Below, one piece after another: positions 1-10,443 of a stretch of 64,000 bases of DNA (position 1 is the first letter of the stretch; the number at the start of each line of letters is the position of its first letter). The DNA comes from Phyllobacterium sp. (GTDB taxonomy: Bacteria; Pseudomonadota; Alphaproteobacteria; Rhizobiales; Rhizobiaceae): the NCBI GenBank assembly GCA_043717855.1, contig JAYSWX010000118.1, forward strand, positions 605-64,604, written 5' to 3'. A model generated the notes under the pieces. The model saw nothing but the letters and a program-made list of their open reading frames with translations. It searched no databases and was not told the origin of the DNA. The position numbers and the translations under genes were made by a program.

Positions 1-1024
1 TGACGCTGATCTTGGTAACACATTGAAAGTTATTGGCGAATCGGCTGCGGGCCACGGCTTTTCCGGATCAATTTCGCGTGGTGAATCTGTACGTATTTTC
101 ACCGGCGCACCCGTACCTGATGGTGCCGATACCGTCGTAATGCAGGAAGATGTGATATCTCTCGACGGCGGTATGATGCGCATCATTGCCGAAGTTGCGG
201 CTGGCCGCCATGTGCGAAAGACAGGTTTGGATTTTGAGCAAGGCCAAATAGTGCTGGCGAAAGGCATGGTTTTGGATGCCGCAAATTTGTCGCTTGCGGC
301 GGCTAGCGGACATGCAAAATTACCTGTTTTTCGCAAGCCTCGCGTGGCAATTTTGGCCACTGGCGATGAATTGGTCGTCCCCGGCACGGTGGCGGGGCTG
401 GATCAAATAGTTGCGTCAAACGGTTATGGTACTGCTGCACTTGCCCGCAAAATTGGCGCAGAAATTATTGATCTGGGTATTGTCGGTGATGATATCGCCG
501 CGATTTCTACAGTTATGCAAAGTGCATTTGACCGCGACATTGATGTGTTGGTGACGCTGGGCGGAGCTTCTGTGGGCGATCATGATCTCATCAAACCGGT
601 GCTGGCGGGCTTTGGAATTAACCTTGGATTTTGGCAAATTGCGATGCGACCCGGCAAGCCGCTAATGCACGGGCGTTACGGTAAAACCCATGTTTTGGGC
701 CTGCCAGGAAACCCGGTTTCCAGCCTTGTTTGCGGTCATCTTTTCCTCATTCCGCTGCTATCGAAGATGATACGCCAGACGCACGAACAAGATACGCGGG
801 ACGCACGGCTGACGCACGCTATGCGCCCGAACGATAAACGGCAGGACTATGTGCGCGCGAAAGTCACGAAAAGTGCGGACGGCACGCCCGATGTGACCGC
901 CTTCGACATTCAAGACTCCTCCATGCTCTCCACTCTTGCCGCGTCTAACTGTCTCATCGTCCGCGCACCAAATGCGCCGGCGGCCAACGCTGGCGAGCTC
1001 GTTACGGTAATGATGCTTCGTTAG
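1..1024 (+). CDS. moeA: Molybdopterin molybdenumtransferase MoeA, 5'-truncated by the window edge (C-terminal ~340 aa)
   Basis: The frame is open from nt 2. The translation (ESAAG...VRIFTGAPVPDGADTVVMQED, ILATGDELV, LGLPGNPVS) matches MoeA domain organisation from memory. Confidence 0.8.
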   Translation, partial: DADLGNTLKVIGESAAGHGFSGSISRGESVRIFTGAPVPDGADTVVMQEDVISLDGGMMRIIAEVAAGRHVRKTGLDFEQGQIVLAKGMVLDAANLSLAAASGHAKLPVFRKPRVAILATGDELVVPGTVAGLDQIVASNGYGTAALARKIGAEIIDLGIVGDDIAAISTVMQSAFDRDIDVLVTLGGASVGDHDLIKPVLAGFGINLGFWQIAMRPGKPLMHGRYGKTHVLGLPGNPVSSLVCGHLFLIPLLSKMIRQTHEQDTRDARLTHAMRPNDKRQDYVRAKVTKSADGTPDVTAFDIQDSSMLSTLAASNCLIVRAPNAPAANAGELVTVMMLR

Positions 1025-1151
1025 GTGTTGTGCCGCTATAATCTCCATAGTTATCTGTCATTGGCCGCAATTACCCGGGATTTGGTGGGATCTTATGGAA
1101 TTGTGCGTTAATCTCAAAAAATTGCTAATATTGTGAAACTTCAAAGAGGCC

Positions 1152-1561
1152 TCAAAGGGCCTTTGAAGGACCATCGCCGTATTGTTTAACTGGATGGTCC
1201 ACTTCGCAGAAATATTGACCGTCATTACAGTTGCGCGTGAAACCATCTTTCAACAACCCGGCCACCAGTTGGCCTTGTTTTTCGGACGCGGCCTTGCCCA
1301 TTTCTTCAAAAAATGAGAGAACAGCCCATAGGTGTCATCTTCAATTTTGGCGCGTGGAATGGAAATTATGCCTTCAAAAAGTGCGTTCGTCATACTAAAA
1401 CCGTGTGCGACGACGCCCTTTACCTGACGTGGACCAATCCACTCGCGCATACCTAGGAACTGACCAAGCCAAGCATATACTTCTTGTTCAGTTGAAGACG
1501 GCGCAATCATTGCCAAAGATTTGTAGATTGACGGAGCGCCAATAAATCCCTTTTTGAAACG
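1152..1561 (-). pseudogene. Fragment of a Mu-like prophage major head subunit (gpT family), frameshifted and 3'-truncated
   Basis: Minus-strand frame 1 reads ...IAPSSTEQEVYAWLGQFLGMREWIGPRQVKGVVAHGFSMTNALFEG...IEDDTYGLFS. After a T6 run (plus-strand A6 at 1308-1313) the homologous reading continues in another frame: FFEEMGKAASEKQGQLVAGLLKDGFTRNCNDGQYFCEVDHPV, with a stop at 1152-1154. The pattern resembles the first ~150 aa of Mu gpT as I recall it. The frame has no start codon and opens at 1561. Confidence 0.65.
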
Positions 1562-2099
1562 CTACACATTTCCGCTATTCGCTTGGCGGACGCCTGTTCG
1601 ATCTCATTCAGAACACCGGAAAAATCTTCATGGACCGCTTCTATAAGTGCGCTGATTTCATCAGATGCTCCTTGAAGGCCTGTTGCAAATTGGTCTAACA
1701 GGCCCCTTGAACCACCAATGCTTTGGCCTCATTTTTTGAGTTTATGTGGTGCAGAAGTGTTTGCAATTGCGGCAACCCAAACGCATTATCCCGTGTCATT
1801 CGAAATGAACGCCGCAATGTTATCAGCGTTGCGAACACCACTTGATTTTTCAAAGAAAATCAACTTGCACCAAACGCGCTGGGTCGCCATGTCCACTGAT
1901 TGGGAATTGAGCAGGCCTTTTCGAGTGCCTTGATGTTATTTGGCCGAAAACCATAGACTTGGGTGGTGCGAACCAGATAATCGCGAACAAGGACATTAAT
2001 CTTGGAAGGCCGGGCACCGCCCTTCACAAAGCCTTTAATCTCTAAAATGACGGCAATCTCGGTGTCTCTGCTGCCAAATAATTTTGGCCGCTTCATCAC
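1562..2099 (-). pseudogene. Further frame-broken, unassignable coding remnants upstream of the gpT fragment (includes the 79-aa ORF 1860..2099); possibly the same degraded prophage
   Basis: Short open stretches on the minus strand lack starts, for example ...GLQGASDEISALIEAVHEDFSGVLNEIEQASAKRIAEM... ending near 1506. No family recognised. Confidence 0.25.
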
Positions 2100-2124
2100 G
2101 AGGTTAATTTATAAAACAGTTGCA

Positions 2125-2139
2125 GAACGCATAAAGAAC
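2125..2139. promoter_or_regulatory. Alphaproteobacterial LexA (SOS) box GAAC-N7-GAAC upstream of lexA
   Basis: The sequence is GAACgcataaaGAAC, 51 nt upstream of the lexA ATG. It matches the published direct-repeat SOS box of Rhizobiaceae/Rhodobacter (GAAC/GTTC-N7-GAAC/GTTC). Confidence 0.75.
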
Positions 2140-2189
2140 ATATAGGGTATATTCAGGTTTTGTTTTATTGATTCTCGAGGGGTTAAGAG

Positions 2190-2912
2190 ATGTTAACGCG
2201 CAAACAGCAGGAATTGCTCCTTTTTATCCATGAGCGGATGCGCGAGTCGGGTATTCCGCCCTCGTTTGACGAAATGAAAGACGCTCTGGATTTGGCGTCA
2301 AAGTCCGGCATTCACCGTTTGATTACAGCTTTGGAAGAGCGCGGGTTTATTCGCCGCCTCCCAAACCGTGCCCGTGCCTTGGAGGTTATCAGGCTGCCGG
2401 AAAATGTTGGTGTCCAATCAGTGGGACAGAGGCGATTTTCGCCGAGTGTTATTGAAGGTGACTTGGGCAAGAGGTCCGCAGAGGTTGCCCGTGTTGTGCC
2501 CAGCGCCAATGATGACGATGCGACACGGTCCGTGACCATACCAATGATGGGCCGCATCGCCGCTGGAGTGCCTATTTCTGCCATTCAACATCAAAGTCAC
2601 ACTATCGCCTGTCCGCCGGATCTGATTGGTCAAGGCGATCATTTTGCGCTGGAGGTGAAGGGCGATTCTATGATTGAAGCTGGCATTCTTGACGGCGACA
2701 CCGTTGTGATCCGCCGTGCAGATAGCTGTAGCTCTGGTGATATAATTGTGGCGCTGGTGGATGATGAAGAGGCGACGCTCAAACGTTTTCGTCGCAAAGG
2801 TGCGTCGATTGCGCTGGAAGCCGCCAACCCGGCTTATGAGACTCGTATCTTTGGACCAGACAGAATTCGGGTTCAGGGCAAATTGGTCGGGCTTATCCGT
2901 CGCTATAATTAG
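2190..2912 (+). CDS. lexA: LexA repressor (long-linker alphaproteobacterial type)
   Basis: N-terminal wHTH ([16 protein letters not shown]...[17 protein letters not shown]) and a C-terminal S24 peptidase (GRIAAG cleavage-site region, VKGDSM, ATLKRF). Confidence 0.95.
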   Translation: MLTRKQQELLLFIHERMRESGIPPSFDEMKDALDLASKSGIHRLITALEERGFIRRLPNRARALEVIRLPENVGVQSVGQRRFSPSVIEGDLGKRSAEVARVVPSANDDDATRSVTIPMMGRIAAGVPISAIQHQSHTIACPPDLIGQGDHFALEVKGDSMIEAGILDGDTVVIRRADSCSSGDIIVALVDDEEATLKRFRRKGASIALEAANPAYETRIFGPDRIRVQGKLVGLIRRYN

Positions 2913-2944
2913 TTGTGACGGTCGGTCTGATGCGGATCTGCTAT

Positions 2945-5320
2945 TTAAGTGTCGGGTTTTGCGCGGTTTAGTGCGTCCGTTCCGGTGTGGTTTGCATCAT
3001 TGTTGGCTGCGGGTGAATTCTTGTCGCGCTTTAAGCTGGTGTCAAACTTCTTTACGCGCGGGATCGGTATGAACGCCGGGAGGTTGCGGGCAGCGCGGGA
3101 GAAGTGGCGGTTTGCGCTCCACGGGCGGTTGGGTTCGCCAAATTGGGGACCGAGCGCGAAGGTTATCTGAAGCGGGTCGGTGTTTTGCAACGGCGCCATG
3201 TCAATATCAGAGTTTTTGTCTGTGTTATTATTTAGGCTATCAAATCTGACCTCTGCGGAGCCTTGAGTGGCAAGCTGCGCCTGCGTGATGATGAGAGATT
3301 TTGTTGCATTGCAAATGCCCTTCGGGCGTGGAGCGTTGAGAATGATGATGTCGGCGGTGCGGCACGCGTCTGCCAAGCGAGCGGTGATAGCGGCGGGGGC
3401 GATATAGGGTTTGCGCTTGGATTTGGCGAGTGACGGGTCCTGTTTGGCCTGCCATGCAAAATCGGTCGGACGAGCCGGGTCGAACCATTTTGGTGGCTTT
3501 GGATCTTCCAACCAAACGATGGTCTTACCTTGGATGGTGGCGCGGCAGGCTCCCGGTTCGCACAAGAATATGCCATCATGCAATGGATCGTCGGGAGCCT
3601 CGAAAAAGGGCTTGATTATTTTTTGCGTCATCGTGGCCTTTTGCCATGTTTCCAATGTGAAACTGTTGGGTCGTTTGCGGTTGACGGCCAGCGAGCCATT
3701 GTCGCGCGGGATGGCGACCAAACGCGCATCTTCGGAAATCAGAATTTTGGGAAACGAAGGTGTGGATAGTAGGTAGACGCTTAGCGGCGCTAGCAAAAGC
3801 GCTATTAGTTTCAAACGTGTTTGCAGGACGCAGGCCAAAACCAGACAGACTGATGTGACTGCCAATGCTGCGGGTGTCATGGCACCGGTTATGCCCGTTG
3901 GCGAAATGCTGGCGAAATAGCGGGCGATGGAAAGCATCATGTTAACGCCCTCACCCATGATTTTCACTGGCCATTCATCAAGGCCAAACGGCATCGCGAG
4001 CATTGATGCGACTGCGGCCGGCATGATTATAAGCGAGACGGCAGGCATCGCGGCCAGATTTGCCGGTAGCCCCATCGGTGCTGCGCGGTGGAAATGCCAT
4101 GATGAGTAAAGTGAGGTCGCAAAGCCTGCAATGATAGACGTAGCGGCAAGGCCAAGGGCGATTTTCAGTGCTTTTTCGAGTACGCCGGCTATCCCCGCAT
4201 AACGCGGCGCGGCAGTTTTGCCGCGCCTATTGTTTGACCACCACGCAAACGAGCCGATAAGTGCCGCAGTTGCCGCAAACGACATTTGGAAGCTCGGGCC
4301 CATCACCTCGTGTGGTGTGACCATTAGAATTAGCGTAGCGGAAATCGCAAGATTGCGCATTGTTAGCGCTTGCCTGTCAAAGACCACAGCAAGTAACATA
4401 ACCGCCAGCATGATGAAGCTGCGCATGGTGGCGACACCGTAACCAGATAGCAGCAGATAAAATAAACTGGCGGCCAGCGCTAGTATGGCGGCATATTTTT
4501 TAACTGGCTGGCGCGACGCGTAGCCGGGAAACAGGCCGAACAGCAGCCTGATTGACACCAAAAATACACCTGCCACCAACGCCATATGTAGGCCGGAAAT
4601 TGAAATAATGTGGGCAAGGCCTGAGATACGCATTGCTTCATTGGTATCCTCATCGATACCTGCGGTGACGCCCGAGATGAGCGCGGCGGCAACGACGCCA
4701 TTAATTCCGGGCACGAAGCTTTTAATACGCGTGGCAATATCTTGGCGCAGATTTTCGATGGCAAAATTGATGGATTGAAGCGTGGTCGGTGCGCGCGGCG
4801 CAAGTTGCGTAATCACGCCCATGGAGAAACCATTGGCACCGATGCCGTCGAAAAAGGATTGGAACGCAAAATCGTAGGATCCCGGACGCACGGGGCCGGA
4901 CGGTGGTTGCATGAGAATGCGGGCTTGGATGATATCGCCCGCTTTCACGCTTGCGGGCACATTGCGCAGCGTGACATGGATAAGGTCCGGCGCGTATTTC
5001 AACGTTGGCTTGGCAGTGCTTAATATTTCCAGCAGCGCGCGCTTACCTTTTGTCGCTTCGTTAATGGTCAAAACACGGGCACTAATTTCTGATGAAATTT
5101 GGTCGCCGACCATCGGGGTCGAAAGCCGATAGGTTTGCAACTTGGCACTTGCCGCCCCGAGCAGGGTGAACAATATCGCTGCTAGGACCAAGCCATTGCT
5201 GCCAATGCGCAGCGCGTATTGACGAGCCGAAGCGATACAAACTATGCAGACCAAGAGCGGCAAAGCCTTTGGCTCAAAATCTAAAAGAAAATAGAGTATC
5301 GCGCCAAGGCCCAAGCACAC
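2945..5320 (-). CDS. comEC: ComEC/Rec2-family DNA internalisation channel protein; the true 5' end is probably upstream of 5320
   Basis: Polytopic membrane protein with a competence-domain-like core ([11 protein letters not shown]...). The ORF-track start is a GTG, but the frame stays open to 5635 (see finding). Confidence 0.8.
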   Translation of the reverse strand: MCLGLGAILYFLLDFEPKALPLLVCIVCIASARQYALRIGSNGLVLAAILFTLLGAASAKLQTYRLSTPMVGDQISSEISARVLTINEATKGKRALLEILSTAKPTLKYAPDLIHVTLRNVPASVKAGDIIQARILMQPPSGPVRPGSYDFAFQSFFDGIGANGFSMGVITQLAPRAPTTLQSINFAIENLRQDIATRIKSFVPGINGVVAAALISGVTAGIDEDTNEAMRISGLAHIISISGLHMALVAGVFLVSIRLLFGLFPGYASRQPVKKYAAILALAASLFYLLLSGYGVATMRSFIMLAVMLLAVVFDRQALTMRNLAISATLILMVTPHEVMGPSFQMSFAATAALIGSFAWWSNNRRGKTAAPRYAGIAGVLEKALKIALGLAATSIIAGFATSLYSSWHFHRAAPMGLPANLAAMPAVSLIIMPAAVASMLAMPFGLDEWPVKIMGEGVNMMLSIARYFASISPTGITGAMTPAALAVTSVCLVLACVLQTRLKLIALLLAPLSVYLLSTPSFPKILISEDARLVAIPRDNGSLAVNRKRPNSFTLETWQKATMTQKIIKPFFEAPDDPLHDGIFLCEPGACRATIQGKTIVWLEDPKPPKWFDPARPTDFAWQAKQDPSLAKSKRKPYIAPAAITARLADACRTADIIILNAPRPKGICNATKSLIITQAQLATQGSAEVRFDSLNNNTDKNSDIDMAPLQNTDPLQITFALGPQFGEPNRPWSANRHFSRAARNLPAFIPIPRVKKFDTSLKRDKNSPAANNDANHTGTDALNRAKPDT

Positions 5321-5690
5321 CGGTACGAACAGAAATGCGGTACCTTGGCTGATCTCCTGTTCGATATCGGATGCAATGAGGTTGGGCAGTTTTCTGGCAA
5401 AGCGCAGTGCCTGCGCCAGATCGCCGCGCAGCGATGGCAGCTTGTTGAAAACATCTACAGGGGATTCAAGATCGCGGTGTTTTACTGGAAATGGTATTGG
5501 CGCGTTTAGTTCATCTGCCAGATCAGCAAAATCGGCAAAAAAATCACGCTCACTTGATGCACTTGAGGCAACAGTGTTGCCGATACTCTTTAACGCCAGC
5601 TTGAACCCCCTGCCCGCTGTGCTACAGGAGCGCCATTATTATTTTTGCAGGCTAGTGGCCCGCCACTCCAGCATACACCAAAAGGTTGCC

Positions 5691-7127
5691 ATGTCTTCTG
5701 TTACTTCGCCAAAATCTGTCATCACACGTTTTGCGCCCTCACCTACCGGTTATCTGCATATCGGCGGCGCGCGCACGGCTTTGTTCAATTGGCTTTATGC
5801 AAAGCGGCACGGCGGCAAAATGTTGCTGCGCATTGAAGACACTGACCGTGAGCGCTCGAAACCTGAAGCTGTTCAGGCCATTCTGGACGGGCTGACATGG
5901 ATGGGACTTACGTGGGATGGCGAGGCAATTTCTCAGTTTGAACGCGCCCCGCGCCACCGCGAAGTGGCCGAAGAACTGGTTGCGCGCGGGGAAGCCTATT
6001 ATTGCTATACATCGGCGCAAGAGCTGGATGAAATGCGCGAACTGGCAAGGGCCGAAGGCCGACCGCCGCGCTATGACGGGCGCTGGCGCGAGAGCGATCC
6101 GGGCGAGGCTCCGCTGGGCGTGAAGCCGGTTATTCGCATCAAAGCGCCGCGCGAAGGTGAAACTGTGGTACATGATGCCGTGCAGGGCGAAGTGCGCTTT
6201 CCCAACAAAGATCTCGATGATTTCATTGTGCTGCGCTCGGATGGCAACCCGACTTATATGCACGCCGTCGTGGTGGACGACCACGATATGGGCGTGACGC
6301 ATATTATTCGCGGCGATGACCATCTGACCAATGCTGCGCGCCAGACGATTATCTACAAAGCCATGGGCTGGGATGTGCCGTCGATGTCGCACATTCCGCT
6401 GATCCATGGCGCAGATGGCGCGAAGCTATCAAAGCGTCACGGGGCCCTTGGCGTAGAGGCCTACCGCGAGATGGGCTACCTGCCGCAAGCGCTGCGCAAC
6501 TATCTGGTCCGCCTTGGTTGGAGCCATGGCGATGATGAGATTATGTCTCTGGATGACATGATTTCCTGGTTCGATATTTATGACATAAATAAGGGCGCAT
6601 CTCGGTTTGACTTTGACAAGCTGGCGTCAATCAACGGGCATTATATCCGCACCAGTGATGACAAGGTATTGACCGAAATGCTGGTGGCAACATTGCCTTA
6701 TCTGCCAAACGGCAAGCCGCTTTTAGGCGCCATGGATAATACAAAGGCAGCGCAATTATTAGCTGCCATGCCGGGCTTGAAAGACCGTGCCAAGACGCTT
6801 GTTGAGCTGGCGGATGGTGCGATGTATTTGTTTGCTAACCGGCCATTGCCAATTGAAGACAAGGCGGTCGCGCTGCTGGATGAGGCAGGCTTGGCAATTT
6901 TGCGCGATATCCATCCGTTGCTTTCCTGTGTGAGTGACTGGAGCGTGGCGGCGCTGGATGGCGTAGTGCGGGTCTACGCGGAGGAAAAGGGCTTGAGGCT
7001 GGGCAAAGTCGCACAGCCACTTCGTGCTGCGCTAACGGGCCGCGCCACCTCGCCCGGTGTTTTCGATGTGCTTGAGGTTTTGGGACGCGAGGAATCACTT
7101 AGTCGCATTGGTGACCAAATAGGATGA
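5691..7127 (+). CDS. gltX: Glutamate--tRNA ligase
   Basis: HIGH motif ([10 protein letters not shown]) and KMSKS motif (KLSKRH). I chose the internal ATG at 5691 ([20 protein letters not shown]) because the upstream 105 codons of the ORF-track call look non-coding. Confidence 0.93.
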   Translation: MSSVTSPKSVITRFAPSPTGYLHIGGARTALFNWLYAKRHGGKMLLRIEDTDRERSKPEAVQAILDGLTWMGLTWDGEAISQFERAPRHREVAEELVARGEAYYCYTSAQELDEMRELARAEGRPPRYDGRWRESDPGEAPLGVKPVIRIKAPREGETVVHDAVQGEVRFPNKDLDDFIVLRSDGNPTYMHAVVVDDHDMGVTHIIRGDDHLTNAARQTIIYKAMGWDVPSMSHIPLIHGADGAKLSKRHGALGVEAYREMGYLPQALRNYLVRLGWSHGDDEIMSLDDMISWFDIYDINKGASRFDFDKLASINGHYIRTSDDKVLTEMLVATLPYLPNGKPLLGAMDNTKAAQLLAAMPGLKDRAKTLVELADGAMYLFANRPLPIEDKAVALLDEAGLAILRDIHPLLSCVSDWSVAALDGVVRVYAEEKGLRLGKVAQPLRAALTGRATSPGVFDVLEVLGREESLSRIGDQIG

Positions 7128-7765
7128 CGTACATGGCTAAGAGTTTTGTTTTGTATGGCCGCGAGGGTTCAGGTTCTGCCGTTTGCGAGGCGGTGCTGGC
7201 GCTGGCAGGCTTGCCGTATAAGTTAGTGGAGTGCCCCAAGAACGAGGATGGCACGACACCGTTTGAGTTGCTGGCACTTAACCCGCTAGGTCAGGTGCCG
7301 ACACTTGTGATGCCGGATCAGTCGATTATGACGGAATCGGCCGCGATTTGTATTTATTTGGCGGACCTTGGCGGTGATCTAGCGCCAAAGCAGGGTGATG
7401 CTATGCGCGCGCAGTATCTGCGTTGGATGGTCTATCTATCTGCAAATAACTATATGACTGACTTGCGTTTCTATTATTCTGATCGATTTTCCATCAATGA
7501 AACCCATGCAGACGGCATCAAGGCCGCTGCGGCGAAACGCAAGGAATTTGAATGGGATGTGATCGCGGCGTTCCTTGGCGATAAGCAATATCTGCTTGGT
7601 AGCACATTAACAGTCGTGGATATTTATGCAGCAATGTTGATATGCTGGATCGAAGATATCGATGCTTTTTTTGCCCGCCACCCAAATGTTGCAGCACTTT
7701 ACAAGAATGTGATGAGAGAGCCAAAAATCAGAGACATCTGGGTTCGGCATGGTTTTGAAGTTTGA
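7124..7765 (+). CDS. Glutathione S-transferase family protein
   Basis: N-terminal thioredoxin-like GST motif ([11 protein letters not shown]...[11 protein letters not shown]). ATGA overlap with the gltX stop; an alternative ATG lies at 7133. Confidence 0.75.
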   Translation: MTYMAKSFVLYGREGSGSAVCEAVLALAGLPYKLVECPKNEDGTTPFELLALNPLGQVPTLVMPDQSIMTESAAICIYLADLGGDLAPKQGDAMRAQYLRWMVYLSANNYMTDLRFYYSDRFSINETHADGIKAAAAKRKEFEWDVIAAFLGDKQYLLGSTLTVVDIYAAMLICWIEDIDAFFARHPNVAALYKNVMREPKIRDIWVRHGFEV

Positions 7766-7936
7766 TTGCTTGGATTTTTAGTGATTTATGCCGTTTCCGC
7801 ACTGACTTTACCGTGTTGCACTGCACTATTCACGTCTGGGTTCGCTTGCATTTATTCGCAAATGCGATAGCTATTCGTGCAGAATTATTGCTGCGCTGCA
7901 ACAGGCGCAATTGCACCTTGTGAAGGGACTACACAG

Positions 7937-9229
7937 ATGGAATCAAAAAAAGCAACGCTTACCTTTGGTTCGGAATCGATAGACCTTCCGGTTCGTAGCG
8001 GGACTATCGGTCCCGATGTCATCGATATTGCACCACTCTATAAGGTCACTGGGGCGTTTACATTTGATCCGGGCTTTACGTCGACTGCCGCTTGCGAATC
8101 GGCGATTACATTCATCGACGGTGACAAGGGCGTGTTGCTGCATCGTGGCTATCCGATTGAGCAGTTAGCTGAACAGGGGGATTTCCTCGAAACCTGCTAT
8201 TTGCTGCTTTACGGCGAACTGCCGACGAAGGCGCAGAAGGAAGATTTCGACCATCGCGTTTCGCGCCACACGATGGTGCATGAACAGATGCAATTCCTGT
8301 TCCGTGGCTTTCGCCGTGATGCGCATCCTATGGCGGTTATGGTGGGGGTGGTTGGCGCGCTTTCAGCGTTTTATCATGACTCGACCGATATTTCCGACCC
8401 GTATCAGCGCATGATCGCGTCTATGCGGATGATTGCAAAAATCCCGACAATTGCCGCGATGGCATATAAGTATTCCATTGGGCAGCCGTTTGTGTATCCG
8501 CAGAATAATCTGGACTATGCGGCGAATTTCTTGCGCATGTGTTTTGCAGTGCCGTGCGAGGATTATAAGGTCAATCCGGTACTCGCGCGCGCAATGGATC
8601 AGATTTTCATTCTCCATGCCGACCACGAGCAGAACGCGTCGACATCCACAGTGCGTCTTGCAGGCTCATCGGGTGCCAACCCGTTTGCATGTATTGCCGC
8701 TGGCATTGCGTGCCTTTGGGGCCCTGCTCACGGTGGTGCTAATGAAGCGGCGCTCAATATGCTGATAGAAATTGGCACCGTTGATCGTATTCCGGAATAT
8801 ATCGCAAAAGCCAAGGACAAGAATGATCCATTCCGGTTAATGGGTTTCGGGCATCGTGTTTATAAGAATTATGATCCGCGCGCTAGGATTATGCAAAAGA
8901 CCATGCACGAAGTGCTGGATGCTGTCGGCAATCATGATGATCCGATTATGAAAGTTGCCGTTGAGCTTGAGCGCATTGCGCTGACAGATGCTTATTTCAT
9001 TGAGAAAAAGCTCTACCCTAACATCGACTTTTACTCGGGCATCACATTGAAGGCGTTAGGCTTCCCAATAAATATGTTTACAGTTTTGTTTGCGCTGGCA
9101 CGTACCGTTGGCTGGATTGCGCAGTGGACAGAGATGATTGAAGACCCGCACCAAAAAATTGGCCGTCCACGCCAACTCTATACCGGTGCTGCGCAACGCG
9201 ACTATGTGCCGACTGAAAAGCGCGTGTAA
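7937..9229 (+). CDS. gltA: Type II citrate synthase
   Basis: Strong resemblance to Rhizobiales GltA ([48 protein letters not shown]). ATG at 7937 preceded by GAAGGGA. Confidence 0.95.
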   Translation: MESKKATLTFGSESIDLPVRSGTIGPDVIDIAPLYKVTGAFTFDPGFTSTAACESAITFIDGDKGVLLHRGYPIEQLAEQGDFLETCYLLLYGELPTKAQKEDFDHRVSRHTMVHEQMQFLFRGFRRDAHPMAVMVGVVGALSAFYHDSTDISDPYQRMIASMRMIAKIPTIAAMAYKYSIGQPFVYPQNNLDYAANFLRMCFAVPCEDYKVNPVLARAMDQIFILHADHEQNASTSTVRLAGSSGANPFACIAAGIACLWGPAHGGANEAALNMLIEIGTVDRIPEYIAKAKDKNDPFRLMGFGHRVYKNYDPRARIMQKTMHEVLDAVGNHDDPIMKVAVELERIALTDAYFIEKKLYPNIDFYSGITLKALGFPINMFTVLFALARTVGWIAQWTEMIEDPHQKIGRPRQLYTGAAQRDYVPTEKRV

Positions 9230-9254
9230 GCCTTACAAATCAAACTAAAAGAAG

Positions 9255-9274
9255 AGCGCCTCAGGGGCGCTTTC
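9255..9274 (+). terminator. Putative rho-independent terminator after gltA
   Basis: A 6-bp GC stem (AGCGCC / GGCGCT) with a 5-nt loop, followed by TTTCTATT. It overlaps the convergent lpxB stop. Confidence 0.5.
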
Positions 9275-10443
9275 TATTGCTTGGTTGCAAAACGCAGAAC
9301 GATTTCCGCTGCTCTCTCACTTGGCGGCACCGTCGTTTCCATATTCGCCTTGATTGTGCCAAAGCCGTCGAGCTGCGCGGTCCGCGCTGCAGACGGGTAG
9401 AGGATACGCTCGACTTGGCGGGCCAGCGTATCGGCGCGGACAAATTCATTATAGTGCTCTGGCACAACTGGCGCGTCCGCGATTATATTTGGCAGTGAGG
9501 CGGACCATGTGGTGAGCATACGGCGGGCAATTACTTGCGCAATCGGGTCTAGTCTATAAGCGGCAACAGTCGGCACACCTGCCATGGCCAGTTCCAGTGT
9601 CACCGTACCGGAGGCAGCAAGCGCGGCATCCGCAGTTGCAAAAGCAGCGGCCTTCGCCTCGCTGTTGGTGACTATTTCAGGCTCGATTGCCCAGGAGCTG
9701 GAAAGTTCGCGTACCAGCGCTTCAACATGTGGTGTGGTTGGCACGATCACCTTGAGATTATTATTTCGCGCTTTGAGCAACGCCAGCGTTTCACCAAACG
9801 GCGCGGCCATGCGCTTGACTTCGCTGCGGCGCGAACCAGGTAGCACGAGCAGCGTCTTTTGCCCTTCCCGTTTGCGAGCGGGTTCGAGCGCTCTCTGCTG
9901 CTCCCAAGCGGCGGTGAACGTGGCATCAGAGCCCAAGCGATGACCGACGTATGTAGCCTGGGGACCGCCAAGCTTTCTCAGAACTTCCGGCTCAAACGGC
10001 AGGACCGCCAATATATGGTCAATGTGCGGCGTCATTTTCGCTGCCCTGCCCGATCGCCATGCCCAAACAGACGGGCAGATATAATTCACAATAGGAATCG
10101 CAGGATTTCCCGCGCGCACCTTACGTGCAACGCGGTGACAGAACTCGGGGCTATCTATAATGACGAGGCAATCTGGCTTTTGTGCCAGCACCATCTGTGC
10201 AGTTTGATTGATAAGCGATAACAGGCGCGGGATTTTGGTGAGGATGGCAGTTATGCCCATCAGTGCAATTTCGACAGGATCAAATAGCGTCACGAGCCCC
10301 TCGCCTTCTAAACGCTTTCCGCCGACGCCGAAAATCTGAATACCGCCACTATATTGTCTACGCAGCGCTACAACCAAATCCGCGCCAAGTATATCACCGG
10401 ACTCTTCACCGGCAATAATTGCGATTTTTAGTAGATGGTTCAT
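9274..10443 (-). CDS. lpxB: Lipid-A-disaccharide synthase
   Basis: N-terminus IAIIAGEESGDILGADL and position in the lpx cluster. Confidence 0.9.
   Translation of the reverse strand: MNHLLKIAIIAGEESGDILGADLVVALRRQYSGGIQIFGVGGKRLEGEGLVTLFDPVEIALMGITAILTKIPRLLSLINQTAQMVLAQKPDCLVIIDSPEFCHRVARKVRAGNPAIPIVNYICPSVWAWRSGRAAKMTPHIDHILAVLPFEPEVLRKLGGPQATYVGHRLGSDATFTAAWEQQRALEPARKREGQKTLLVLPGSRRSEVKRMAAPFGETLALLKARNNNLKVIVPTTPHVEALVRELSSSWAIEPEIVTNSEAKAAAFATADAALAASGTVTLELAMAGVPTVAAYRLDPIAQVIARRMLTTWSASLPNIIADAPVVPEHYNEFVRADTLARQVERILYPSAARTAQLDGFGTIKANMETTVPPSERAAEIVLRFATKQ

Noticed and set aside
1058-1246. 62-aa minus-strand ORF downstream of moeA
   Set aside because: It overlaps the second frame of the gpT pseudogene and is an out-of-frame artefact of that remnant.
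5376-5690. 105-codon N-terminal extension of the gltX ORF-track call
   Set aside because: The translation (Arg/Ser-rich, no similarity) is unlike GluRS. The ATG at 5691 gives the canonical N-terminus directly before HIGH. The region is instead in frame with comEC on the other strand.
5739-6407. 222-aa minus-strand ORF inside gltX
   Set aside because: It is antisense to gltX, which carries HIGH and KMSKS motifs, and has no motif of its own.
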